Assembly: GCF_004010195.1 (NCBI RefSeq)
Contig: NC_057711.1
Coordinates: 80,934,420 to 80,998,419 of the forward strand
Reading direction: 5' to 3'
Source of the DNA: Chiloscyllium plagiosum
Lineage: Eukaryota
Length of the DNA: 64,000 bases
Both the position numbers and the translations under genes were made by a program. The notes below the pieces were generated by a model that ran no database searches, had not been told where the DNA came from, and was given only the letters and a program-made list of their open reading frames with translations. Positions 50,330-62,057 of the stretch are shown piece after piece (position 1 is the first letter of the stretch; each line of letters starts with the position of its first letter).

Positions 50330-50545
50330 TTGCATCAGAAGAGTTTGTGCAAGTATGGAATAAGCTGTGAGAGGAAGTGTTGGAGGCTGGTACAATTACA
50401 GCATTTAAAAGGCATCTTGATGTATAGGAAGGATTTAGAAAGAAAAAGATCCAAATGCTGGCAAAGGGACGAGATCAGATTGGGATGTCTGATCTGTCGG
50501 ACCAAATTGGACTGAAGGCTCCATTTCCATGCTGTATGACGCTAA
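50330..50545 (+). mobile_element. CR1 3' terminal fragment
   Basis: tggaataagctg..ggaggctggtacaatt..catttaaaaggcat. Confidence 0.8.
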
Positions 50546-50917
50546 GTTGAGAAAAGTTTCACTCAAATAATTCCTGGGAGAAGGGACATATCTTGAGAGG
50601 AAAGGTTAGACCTGTATCCATCGGAGTTTAGAAAATGAAAATGTATGTGTGTGTGTGTGTGTATATATAAATATATATAAAGTATAAAAGTACTTGAAAG
50701 ATAGTTTTCATTCTTTTGGCTTTTTTTTGTCCTTTTTCTTCTGTCTCTTCACCTTCCAGGATGCCACAGCCATTTAGAAAATACAGAAGGGGGCAATTAG
50801 GATGTTTGAGTAACGGGAAGGTTCAGTCTATGCTGAGCTTTCACTTACATTGTATATGTTTGCATTGGAACAGAGATGGCTAAGAGGTATATGCTTACTG
50901 TTCTTTAGGGTTCCAAA

Positions 50918-51240
50918 GATTAGATTAGATTAGTTACGGTATGGAAACAGGCCCTTCGGCCCAACAAGTCCACACCGACTCGCCGAAGCGCAAACCACAC
51001 AGACGTATTCCCCTACATTTACCCCTTCACCTAACACTACAGGCAATTTAGCATGGCCAATTCACCTAATCTGCACATTTTTGGACTGTGGGAGGAAACC
51101 GGAGCACCCGGAGGAAACCCACGCAGACACGAGGAGAATGTGCAAGCTCCACACAGTCAGTCGCCTGAGGCGGGAATTGAACCTGAGTCTCTGGCGCTGT
51201 GAGGCAGCAGTGCTAACCACTGTGCACCGTGCCGCCCACA
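50918..51240 (-). mobile_element. Young HE1 SINE
   Basis: Full reverse HE1. Confidence 0.95.
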
Positions 51241-51329
51241 AGATATTCAAGAATATGACCTTGCCTAGCTTGTCCACCTCATCCAGATCAATAGAACTAA
51301 AAAAAAGTCTGTACTTGAAAGAGGGTAAA

Positions 51330-51555
51330 TCCAAACCTAAATTGACTAAGGTTCTTTACTCAGAGAGTGGTAAGGGTGTGGAATGCCCTATCTGCCAATT
51401 TAGTTAACTCAGCCACATGAGGGATATTTAAACAATCCTTGGATAAGCACATGGATGATGATGGGATAGTGTAGGGGGATGAGCTTAGTTCATAGGTCAG
51501 CGCAGCATCGAGGGCCGAAGGGCCTGTTCTGGGCTGTATTGTTCTATGTTCTATG
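51330..51555 (+). mobile_element. CR1 3' terminal fragment, (gttctat)n tail
   Basis: ttctttactcagagagtggtaagggtgtggaatgccct..ggccgaagggcctgttct. Confidence 0.8.
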
Positions 51556-52292
51556 AAACATTTTCACTCATCTATCAATATGGTCCAGGTGCTGGGCTTG
51601 CCTCATAGTAGGTATAGCATTTTCCAAAAGAATATCACATTCCGTGACATATGACTCTTTGACTCTGTGATGACAAAGTAAAAATCAATGACTAAATGCA
51701 AGCCTGATGTATAACACTAGATTTGGATCTTTGGGTCAATAAGGAGATTGCCGAATGTAGGCTGCTGTATGTAGGTCCTTCCACCAGGCTATAGACCACT
51801 ATGGCAAGACCCTGCTATCTGGGAACATGTGTGTTCAGAGTTGTAGTCCTCCACAAGAAGAACGCTTATCTGAAATGTTCATATGTTTATGCTTAATTGA
51901 AATTGTCTTGAGATATCTAAGAAAATTATATTCAAAAGTTGTTTTAGTTTTCCAAAGTCAAATATATAATGTACTTTACTGGAAGGCAAACTAGCTGGTT
52001 ACTCAGCAAAATCAGCTTTGCAGTCTTTTTTTTCTGTTAGCTGTTGGTTCCAGATTGACTGCTTCAAAATAGATCCTATCACATTGCTGGCTTTCGGCTG
52101 AGTGAATGGTGCTTGATTAAAAGACATTGAAAGATGTTGTTATTGTTCTATCATGCAACATGTGGCATATGTAATCAGGTGAATTCATAGGTGCCATGCT
52201 CTCAGCAGGGGACATCAGACTTGAATGCATTGATGTAGTTATCATCTATGTTTAATGTTTTATTGTTTAAGAAGATGGATTATGATTCAGTC

Positions 52293-52434
52293 GAAATAGT
52301 TCTGAAGGAGGATCACTGGACCCAAAATGTTAACTCTGATTTCTCTCTACAGATGCTGCCAGACATACTGAGCTTTTCCAGCAATTTCTGTTTTTGTTTC
52401 TGATTTCCTGCATCCACAGTGCTTTTGATTTTTT
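52293..52434 (+). mobile_element. Penelope pLTR mini-insertion with decayed hammerhead
   Basis: Imperfect TSD ttatgattcagtc/ttatgatttaatc; stem I agtt/aact retained around a decayed core. Confidence 0.75.
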
Positions 52435-53349
52435 TTATGATTTAATCAATGTGTTAGATATATAAATTAAGTGCAGGTCTTTCTTCTTTCACAATGATTC
52501 TACATTTTCCAAAATAATATTTAATCAAACCTGTGTTTGAACTTAACAGGAAATAAAATAGACATTTTCAGGAATGCTGTTCTGATTCATTCAGATGTAA
52601 GTTGTTTAAGCCAATCATCTAAGACTTTGATTGAAGACCTTCGACATTTGGTTGGCTGAAGTGTAGTCCGAGGAAATAGATCATTACTATATGCAAAGAC
52701 ACAATCTATATAACTCACCCTTTTCTATTTAACATAAATATTAATTTATAGACAAAATAAGTTAGGTTGGAAATTATAATGGTAGCAATTTAAAGCATCA
52801 CAAATATATAGAACTAGTTAATCGCATACTATAATTTATTCAAACCAGCATGTTCAGACACTGAAGGTGTATTATTGTTGAATAATGTTTTCTTTTCAGC
52901 ACAGACTCCATTATTTATATGTATAGGCATCATTTCTGAAAGAAAACTCCACTAAGGAATCATTATTTGGAACATGTCCTGACGCCATGACCTGTAGAGT
53001 CCTAATTATTATGATACACCATTGACGCAGGGATTTGTTCCACTGGAGATCAATTCTTCCTTATTAATGATTATTTATTCCTATATAGCCAGTTTCTCAA
53101 CCATACAGTTCTGGGCAGATGTTGCCAGACCTGCTGAATGTTTTCAGAATGCATTTTTTCAGTGCCTGAAGTGCTTTGGAAGAGCCCAGAGGGACTCGGT
53201 AGAATGCATCCTGGTGGTCTAGTGAATGTTGCACAAATCTGGTGTAGTGATGGTGTAGCTCTTTCTGCCAGTCAACCAGCTGAAGAGTAAGAAGAGACAG
53301 ATGGTTAGAAAAGAAGCAGGCAGAGGATACATCATGTAAGTAATAGTGT

Positions 53350-53680
53350 AGAACATAGAATTCAAATAGTGCAAATGAGGCCATTCAGCCCATCAAGTCT
53401 GTACCAGACCATCCCAGTCAGACACAGCTTTCCATCCTATTTTACCATGATCTAATCTACCAAGCCGACACATCCTTGTACACTCCAGAGCAATTTAACA
53501 TGGCCAGCCAATCTACTTAACCGCCACATCTTTGGAGTGTGGGAGGAAACCAGACCACCCTGCAGAAATCCACACAGACATGGGGAGAAAATGCAAATTC
53601 CACACAGACAGTTGCCCAAGGCTGGGATTGAACCTGGGCCCCTTGCACTGTGAGTCAGCAGTGTTAACCATTGTGCTACT
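53350..53680 (-). mobile_element. Older HE1-like SINE
   Basis: Reverse HE1 core and head. Confidence 0.85.
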
Positions 53681-55363
53681 CCATCGAGGAGGCAACAAAT
53701 GCAGTACCTTTTTTGCTTGACTGTCTATAATTGATTCATCTGGCAGCAATCCCAGGGAAGGCAGCCCTATTTTCTCATTGGTCCCATACCTAACATCTGT
53801 CTTTCAAAGACCCTTACAGTCTCCTTTTAGCCACAATGCCATCGTACCTGTCTTCCATGTACCTTTGTTGTCCCAATACCCCTAAACAAGCTATCTTGAT
53901 GGCTGCAGCACAGCTGTTGAATGCTCTTGATTGCACTAACTTACCATGAATGGAAACAGCTTGATGTGCCTGGCTGAGTGGTGAAAGAGGATGACTGGTC
54001 AACACTCCTAATAATCCATTGGGTGGCAGATTGCTGAAAACTGCAAGTTCCTTTGAGCATGACCATCCTCGGTTATAAACACAGCATTCTGAGCTATGTG
54101 ACAACAAGATGAGCTTGCATCAATATGAGTTTCCACCAAGGCTCTCAGAATTTGATTCCTTCTGTAAAAAAATTCTGTCTCATTTCTCTCCAAAATGATT
54201 TCTCATGAACTTTAAAGATTATATATTCCTTCATTCATGATTCTTACAGCTGGAAAACAAATTGCTCAGTCTTTATCGTTTTAAATGCCTTGATATAATT
54301 GCCTTTCAATCTTCCTATTGAAGGGAATCAAAGTCAAATTTAAGCAATAACTGCTAACATTTTATGACATGAGCAATTTATGATGAAGGATAGAAGTGAA
54401 TGGGTGTTCATTAAGAGAAACATAGCAAATATTTGCCTGTTAGTGCTTAACAGCAAGTGGAAATTTTACACCATAGTATGCAATTTTGTGAGTCAAACTA
54501 ATGATGCAGTAACTGTTAGATGCCATAAAACTTTTGTAAAATTTATTTTTATGCACAGCAATGTAATGCAAGATTACTCAAATGTCTAAATAATTGTAAT
54601 GAGTCACAGCTAACCTTGAAAATGTCTGAATTTTATTCTTAAGAAGGAAAAAAATTAGGTTATTTGAATTCACTTGTTTTCCTCTGAACTCAGCATCTGA
54701 CATTTTATTGAAAAGTCAGGAGGAAACTGAACAGCTTTTGGAGTGCCATAGTGTGTGAGAACACTCTTCCCTCCTTGTGTGGGCAGGGTCCCCCTTCCCA
54801 ATATCTTCCCCAAAGGCTTATTTCAAACTTAAAGCTCACAGTATGTGGTATCACAAAGCCACAAGCACTATTTACAGCATTAAATCTGATTGAGTGCCCT
54901 CTCCAGAGAAATCAAAACAGATTTCATTGGCATGACAAAATGTATTAAATAAGAAAAATTACAGGCCCAGCATTGAACAATTAAATTCATGCACATTAAC
55001 TGTGAGCAAAAGAAGCATTATCATTGCAAATGTGTCCGTTTCTGAATATGAATATCATTATAACATGAATTAGAATGCACAGCTAGCAGTGAAATGCCCA
55101 TTGAGTTTAAACTCAGTTTAGCTTTGTTTATTTAAGCTAAGCACCCAGCCAACATCAGAAAATATGTTTCATCATATACCCTAGTGTCAAAAATACCCTA
55201 CACCTGTTGACCAATACCATTTAAAGGGTACAGATGAACAGAGCTGACAACAATGTAGAAACATGTTCCTGTGATAAGATCTCAAGGAAAAAAGAACTTC
55301 ATATTAAGCACTGGGCCACCAAGATGAGAAAAGATATGTCACACAGAAGGAACTCATGGAGGC

Positions 55364-55553
55364 CAGAGTTGATAAAGCATGGCATTGGAAAAAGCACAGA
55401 AGGTCAGGCAGCATCTGAGGAGCAAGACTGCAGTTCTGAAGGGTTATGCCTGAAATATCAACTGTCTTGATGCTGCTTGACCTGCTGTTCTTTTTCCAAC
55501 GTCATACTTCATCAACTCTGACTCTCCAGAATCTGCAGTCCTGACTTTCTCCT
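55364..55553. mobile_element. Penelope pLTR insertion with inverted arms and decayed hammerhead
   Basis: Arms ~55364-55415 and ~55469-55520; stem I cagtt (55431-55435)/aactg (55460-55464). Confidence 0.8.
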
Positions 55554-56449
55554 ATTTCTGCTCTCCACGAAGGCCAGGTGAACATTTTGTTTGAAGACTC
55601 CAAAGAGGAGATTTAGACTATATTGGATTGAGTAGATGTGAAAATAAGAGAATAACTCAAACTATGTATAAGTACAAAAAGACAAATTTATATTATGCAC
55701 ATGTTTTGCCTTAGTTCATAGAAATAAGGCTAATTTTGGGAGCAAATTTAATGAGAGAATAGGTTTTATAGATTTGTGTAGTTGTTACATGCTATTTAAT
55801 GCATAAGGCATTATCAATAAAGATGACACAAGGAAAACTACTTTATATGATGCTTCAGATTAAAACTGTTAGATTCTATTTTTGTGGACTAAACACATTT
55901 GAACTTTCTCAATATTAATTCTGGGTTTTATTAAATGAAACCCATGTTATTATGTGGAACCAAATATTTAAGAGGATAATTGCCTCTCGTCATATTCAGC
56001 AGCTCCTGCTACTTGTGTCACTGTTCCGTCACAGTGCTTATTAACTCTCACTTTAAGAAATAATTTCAAAAGTAAACATATTCTGACAACTCTGCCATTG
56101 CAGTATTATTAAACAAATCCATTTGATTTTTAATATTCCAAAACTCTCCTATTACATTTCTGTCAATCATTGCAATGGAATTCTTAGCTGCTGAAAACTT
56201 TCCCAAATCCAACTGAACAGAAGTCAATGGCCAAGTAATTGATTTGCACCTAGAACACTAGCTCAACACTATGTAGGGAATGGTCACTGCACTGTAGTAG
56301 GTAATCTCTAGTCACAACTGAAATCAGACCTAACATTGAATTTAAAGAAGCCAGCAAATTTTAGTCACAGGATGGATGGTCCCAGGCAGCTTTCCAACAG
56401 GCGTCAATGGGAGAGGGGAGTGTGCAGTGGAGCAGTGCGCTGAAGGTAA

Positions 56450-57110
56450 CTGTGCAGATGCAGCAGACGATAAAGAAAGTAAATGGAATGTTGGCCTTCA
56501 TGCAAGAGGTTTCGAGTACAGGAGCAATGATGTGATATTGCAGTTATACAGGGCCTTGGTGAGGCCACACTAGATTACTGTGTGAAGGTTTGGTCTCCTT
56601 TTCTGAGGAAGGATGCTCTTGCTCTTAAGGGAGTTTACCAGGCTGATTCTGGAGACGGCGGGACTGCAGTATGAGGAGAGATTGATGAGGTTAGGTTTGT
56701 TTTCGCTGGAGTTCAGATGAATGAGGGGGGTGGGATCTCATAGATACTAGTAAAATTCTAATAGGACTAGACAGGGTGGACACAAGGAGGATGTTCCTGA
56801 TGGTGGGTGCGTCCAGAACGAGGGGTCACAGTCTGTGGATTTGGAGTGGACCATTTAGGGTGGAGATGAGGAGACATTTCTTCACCCAAAGAATGGTGAG
56901 CCTGTAATTCATCACCACAGGAAATAGTTGATGCCAAAACATGGATTCTATTCAAGAGGCAGCTAGATATAGCTCTTGGGGTGAATGGGATCAAGGATTA
57001 TGGGGACAAAGCAGGATTAGGCTACTGAGTTGGATGATCAGCCATGGTCGTGATGAATGGCTGAGTAGGCAAATGGCCTCCTCCAGCTCCTATCACAATG
57101 GCTGTATGTT
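56450..57110 (+). mobile_element. CR1 3' fragment
   Basis: ARGFEYRSNDVILQLYRALVRPH; RRHFFTQRMV. Confidence 0.9.
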
Positions 57111-57407
57111 TTTAAATCAACATTGGATTTTGAGCTGATGGCTCACTACCAGTGGTCTTCCAGTAGATTGGGATGAAGAAGGTGAGCAATCAGGACTGGC
57201 TGAGGTTACCATAAGGACACTCCTTCTCAGCCTCTTCCTTAAACTGAGGGTCACCACACCTCAGGTGAAAAAAAACATCTAGTTATCTCTTTCCAATAAA
57301 TGATCAGTCTGACGGTCTGATAAAACTATGGCAACCGTGAACACCCTCTCTCCCACTTCACTGGGAGGAACCCAGTTCTTAGTTTCTGACTGCCTAATAA
57401 ATATTCG

Positions 57408-57715
57408 TAGAATCGCTACAGTGCGGAAAGAGGCCATTCAGCCCATTGGGTGTACACTGACCCTCCAAACAGCATCCTAACCAGACCGAGTCCATCTCCA
57501 TAACCTCACATTTACCATGGCTAACCCATCTAGCCTACACGTCCCTGAGCACTATGGAGAATTTAGCATGGCCAATCCACCTAACCTGCACACCTTTGTG
57601 GGGGGAGAACCAGAGCACCCTTAAGAAACCTGCACAGACAATCAACCCAGGCTGGAATCAAAACTGGGTCCCTGGCACTGAGGCAGCAGTGCTAACCACT
57701 GAGCCAACATGCCAC
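57408..57715 (-). mobile_element. Older HE1 SINE
   Basis: Reverse HE1. Confidence 0.9.
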
Positions 57716-59604
57716 TTAATTCATCAGAGTTGAATTTACAATAAGTTTTTTTTCTCTAAGTGTTAGATGAACTTGCCCAGAAATTCCCACAAAGGAAACA
57801 CGTTTAAGAAAACTAGTTCAAGTTATTTGACATCAATTGGATGGATGCCTAGCTCCTCATCAGTCTATTTGGAAAGATCATTGTAAGAATAATTACAACA
57901 GGCTGCATTAGATTTCTGCAACAAGTGCCAGAAAATCCAAAACTATATGAAATCATTGAGAACCCAACCTCCAATATTTAGCTCTTAGTCAGTTATTACT
58001 TTGCTAATGTTCTGGGAACAGAGGTTCAAATCTTGCCACGGCATTTGTTGGAATTTGAATTCAATGAAAATAACTGGAATTAAAAATCTACTGATGACCA
58101 TGAAGCCATTGTCAGAAATGCGCATCTGTTTCATTAATGTCCTTTAGGGAAGGAAGTCTTCCATCCTCATGTGGTCTGGCCTACATGTGACTACAGACCC
58201 ACAGTAATGTGGTTGACTTTGAATTGCCCTCTGAAATGGCCTAACAAGCCACTCAGTTGTATCAATCACCATGAAGTTTCAACAAAAACAAAACTGGTTA
58301 GACCACTTAGCATTGGCCTAGGCAGCGGAAAAAGCAATGGCAGAAACAGCCGTGACGATCCTGCAAAATCCTCTTTACTGACATCTGGGGGTGAGTGGCA
58401 AATTTGGGAGAGCTAACCCAATGACTAGTCAAGCAAAGCCTGACAAAATCATACTCATGGAATCCGACCTTATTTACAGGCAACGTTCCAGACACCTCTG
58501 TCACCATCTCTGGATATGTCCTGTCCCACTGGCAGGACAGGTGCAGCAGACGTGACAGTGTTGTACAGTTAGGAAGGAGTGGTCCTGGAAGTCCTCAAAA
58601 TTGACCCTGAATCCCATGAAGTCTCATGGCATCAGTTCAAACATGTGCAAGAAGATTGCTTGCTGATCACAACGTACTATCCTCCCTTGGCTGACGAATC
58701 ATGTTTTTCTGTTGAACAGCACTTAGAGGAAGCACCAAGGATGACAAGGGTACAAAATGTACCCTGGATAAGAGAATTCAAGGTCCATCACCCAAGAGTG
58801 GCTCGGCAGCATCACTAGTGATCAAGCTGGTGAGGTCTAAAGGACATAGCTGCTAGACTGAGTCTGCAGCAGGTGCTGAAGGAACCAACAAGAGGGATAA
58901 ACATAGTTGATCTCATTCTTACCAAACTGCCAGCTACAGATGCATCTGTCCATTAAAGTATTGGTATTGGTAAGAGTGACCACCACACAGCCCTTGTGGA
59001 GATGAAGTTGAGTCTTCACATTGAGAATAACCTCCATTGTGTTGTGTGGCACTATCACTGTACTAAATGGGACAGACTTCAAACAGATCTAACTACTCAA
59101 GACTGGACATCCATGAAACGCTGTGGCTATCAACAGCAGCAGAATTGATTTCCAGCAAAATCTGTAAACTCATGGCCTGGTACACCTCTGAATCAACCAT
59201 TACCAGGAGATCATCCCTGGTTCAGTGGAGAGTGCAAGAGGGCATGTCAGGAGCAGCACCAGGCATACCTCAAACTGAGTTGTCAACCTGGTGAAACTAC
59301 CAAAGAGGACTACATGCATACTGAACAGCATAAGCAGCAACTGATAGACAGAGCTAAGTGATCCCACAACCAATGAACCAGATCTAAGCTATGCAGTCCT
59401 AACACATCCAGTCATGCATAATGGTTATATAGTGGAATTGTGGGAATAGTGGAATTAAACAATTCAACTGCAGGTGGAGGCTCCACAAATATCCACATCC
59501 TCAGTTATAGAAAAGCCCAGCACACCAGTATAAGAGATAAAGCTGAAGCATTCACAACAATCTGGAAAAGCACAGTAGGTCAGACAGCATCCGAGGAGAA
59601 GGAG

Positions 59605-59640
59605 AATCAACGTTTTGGGCATAAGCCCTTCATCAGGAAT
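59605..59640 (-). ncRNA. Hammerhead motif in pLTR (GAAA>AAAA decayed)
   Basis: attc-CTGATGA-A-GGGC-ttat-GCCC-AAAA-CGTT. Confidence 0.6.
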
Positions 59641-61740
59641 GAGGCTTGTGGATTGCGGCTGAGAGATAAATGGGAGGAGAGTGGAGTTGGGGGTAAGGTA
59701 TCTGGGAAAGCAATAGTTGGATGAAGGTGATAGGTCAGAGGGGGCAGTGATGGATGGGTCCGGAGGGCGGTGCCGAGTTGGAGGCTTGGGACTGGGATAA
59801 TGTGGGAGGAGGAGAAATTAGGAAGCTGTTGAAATCCACATTTATCCCTTGTGGTTGCAAGGTCCCAAGGCGGAATATGAGATTTTCTTCCTCCAGGTGT
59901 CAGGTGGTTTGGCAGTGGAGGAGGCCCAGGACCTTCATGTCCTTGACAGAGTGGGAGGAGGAGTTGAAGTGTTAAGCCATGGGGCAGTGGGGTTGGTGGG
60001 TGCGGGTGTCCCAGAGATATACTCTGAAATGATCCGCAAGAAGGCGTCCTGTATCCCCAGTGTAGAGGAGACCACACAGGGTGCAACAGATGCTGTAGAT
60101 GACATTGGTAGAGGTACAGATAAATTTCTGATGTGGAAGGATTCCTTGCAGCCTTGGAAGGAGATAAGGGGAGTGGTGTGGGCCCAGGTTTTGCACTTCC
60201 TGCAGTGACAGGGAAAGGTGCAAGGAGTGGGGTGTGGGCTATTAGGGGTGTGGACCTGACGAGGGAGTCGCAGAGGGAATGGTCTCTCTGGAATGCTGAT
60301 TGGGGTGGGAAGGGAAATATATCTCTGGTGGGAGGGTCCATTTGGAGGTGGCAGAAGTGGTGGAGGATGATGTGTTGTATGCAGAGGTTCGTGGGGTGGA
60401 AGGTGAGGACGGGGGTGTTCTGTCCTTGTTGCATTGGGAGGCATGTGCTTTAAGGACAGTGGTGCATGAAGTGGAGGAGATGTGCTGAAGGGCATCATCA
60501 ACCACGTGGGAAGGGAAATTGTGATCTTGGAAGAAGGAGGCCATCTTGGACTTTCTGAGGTGGAATTGGTCATTCTGAGAACAGATGCGGCAGAAGCGGA
60601 GGAATTGGGAATAAGGAATGCCGTTTTTTGCAGGAGGTAGGGTAATCGAGAGGTCCAGGAAGGCGAGGGAGGTTTCTGAGATGGTCCAGGTGAATTTGAG
60701 GTCGAGGTGGAAGATATTGGTAAAGGTGATGAACTGTTCAACCTCCTCGTGATACAGTCGCTGATCTAGCAGAGGAACACATGCAGGGTGGTGCAGTGTA
60801 ACTGCAGAAGTTGGACTGTTCCACATATCCACCAAAAAGGCAGGCTTGGCTATGTCCCATGTGGGTGTCTTTGTCTACCCCTTTGGTTTGGAGGAAGGGG
60901 GAGGATTGGAAGGAAAATTGTTGAGCTAGGCGGATGAGGGTGTCGGTGGAAGGGTACTGGTTGGGACAGCGTGAGTGGAAGAAACAGAAGGCTTGGAGTC
61001 CTTCATCATGGTGGATGGATGTGTACAGGGACTGGATGTCCATAGTGAAGATGAGGTGTTGGGGGCTGACGAAACGAAAATCTTTAGGAGGTGAAGGACA
61101 TGGGTGGTGTCATGAACATAGGTGGGGAATTCCTGGACTAAGGGGGACAGGATGGTGTCAAGGTAGGAAGTGATGAGTTCAGTGGGACAGGTGCAGGCTG
61201 AGACAATGGGTCGATCAGGGCAGTCAGGTTTGTGAATCTTAGGAAGGAGGTAGGATCGGGCAGTGCAGGGTTCATGGACAATGAGGTTAGAGGCTATGGG
61301 TGGGAGATCCCGAGAGGTGATGAGGTTGTGGATAGTCTGAGAGATGATGTTTTGGTGATAGGGGGTGAGGTCATGATCAAGGTGGCAGTAGGAGGAGGTG
61401 TCTGCAAGTTGGCACCTGGCTTCAGCAGTGTAGAGGTCTGTGTGCCACACTACTATTGTGCCCCCCCCTTGTCTTTGGGTTTGATGGTGAGGTTGGGGTT
61501 GGAGCGGAGGGAGTGGAGGGCTGCGCATTGCGAGGGCAAGAGGTTGGAATGGGTGAGGCAGTTGGACAGGATGAAGCTGGCAGTTTGAAATGAAGAGGTG
61601 GGGGGAGGGGGTAACAGGCCAGCATAGGAGGTCCAGGTGAATGGGGTGTGTTGGAGACGGGAGAAGGTGTCCTCGGTAGCTCAGAGTCAAGTGTGTAGTG
61701 CTGGAAAAACACAGGTCAGTCAGCATGCGAGGAGCAGGAG

Positions 61741-61776
61741 AATCGATGTTTTGGGCATAAGTCCTTAATCAGGAAT
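61741..61776 (-). ncRNA. Decayed hammerhead motif in pLTR
   Basis: attc-CTGATTA-A-GGAC-ttat-GCCC-AAAA-CATC. Confidence 0.5.
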
Positions 61777-62021
61777 GAGGCTTGTGGGTCAGGGCTGAGA
61801 AATAAATGGGAGAGGGTTGGGGTTGGGGGGAGGTAGCCTGGAAAGTGATAGGTGTGTGAAGGTGAGGGAGAAGGTGATAGGTCAGAGGCTCAGAGTCGAG
61901 AGTGTAGTGCTCTGAGCTATCACCTTCTCCCTCACCTTCATCCACCTATCACTTCCCCAGGAAACTTACCCCGAAACTCACCACCCTCCAATTTATCTTT
62001 CAGCCCCGACCCACAAGCCTC

Positions 62022-62057
62022 ATTCCTGATGAAGGGCTTATGCCCGAAATGTCGATT
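62022..62057 (+). ncRNA. Hammerhead motif in the inverted pLTR
   Basis: attc-CTGATGA-A-GGGC-ttat-GCCC-GAAA-T-GTC-gatt. Confidence 0.7.

Noticed and set aside
53814..54193. Minus-strand ORFs vaguely like a LINE C-terminus
   Set aside because: Similarity too weak to assign by eye
59607..61726. Long Pro/Ser/His-rich ORFs of 197-275 aa
   Set aside because: Alternate frames and frameshifted pieces of the decayed Penelope ORF
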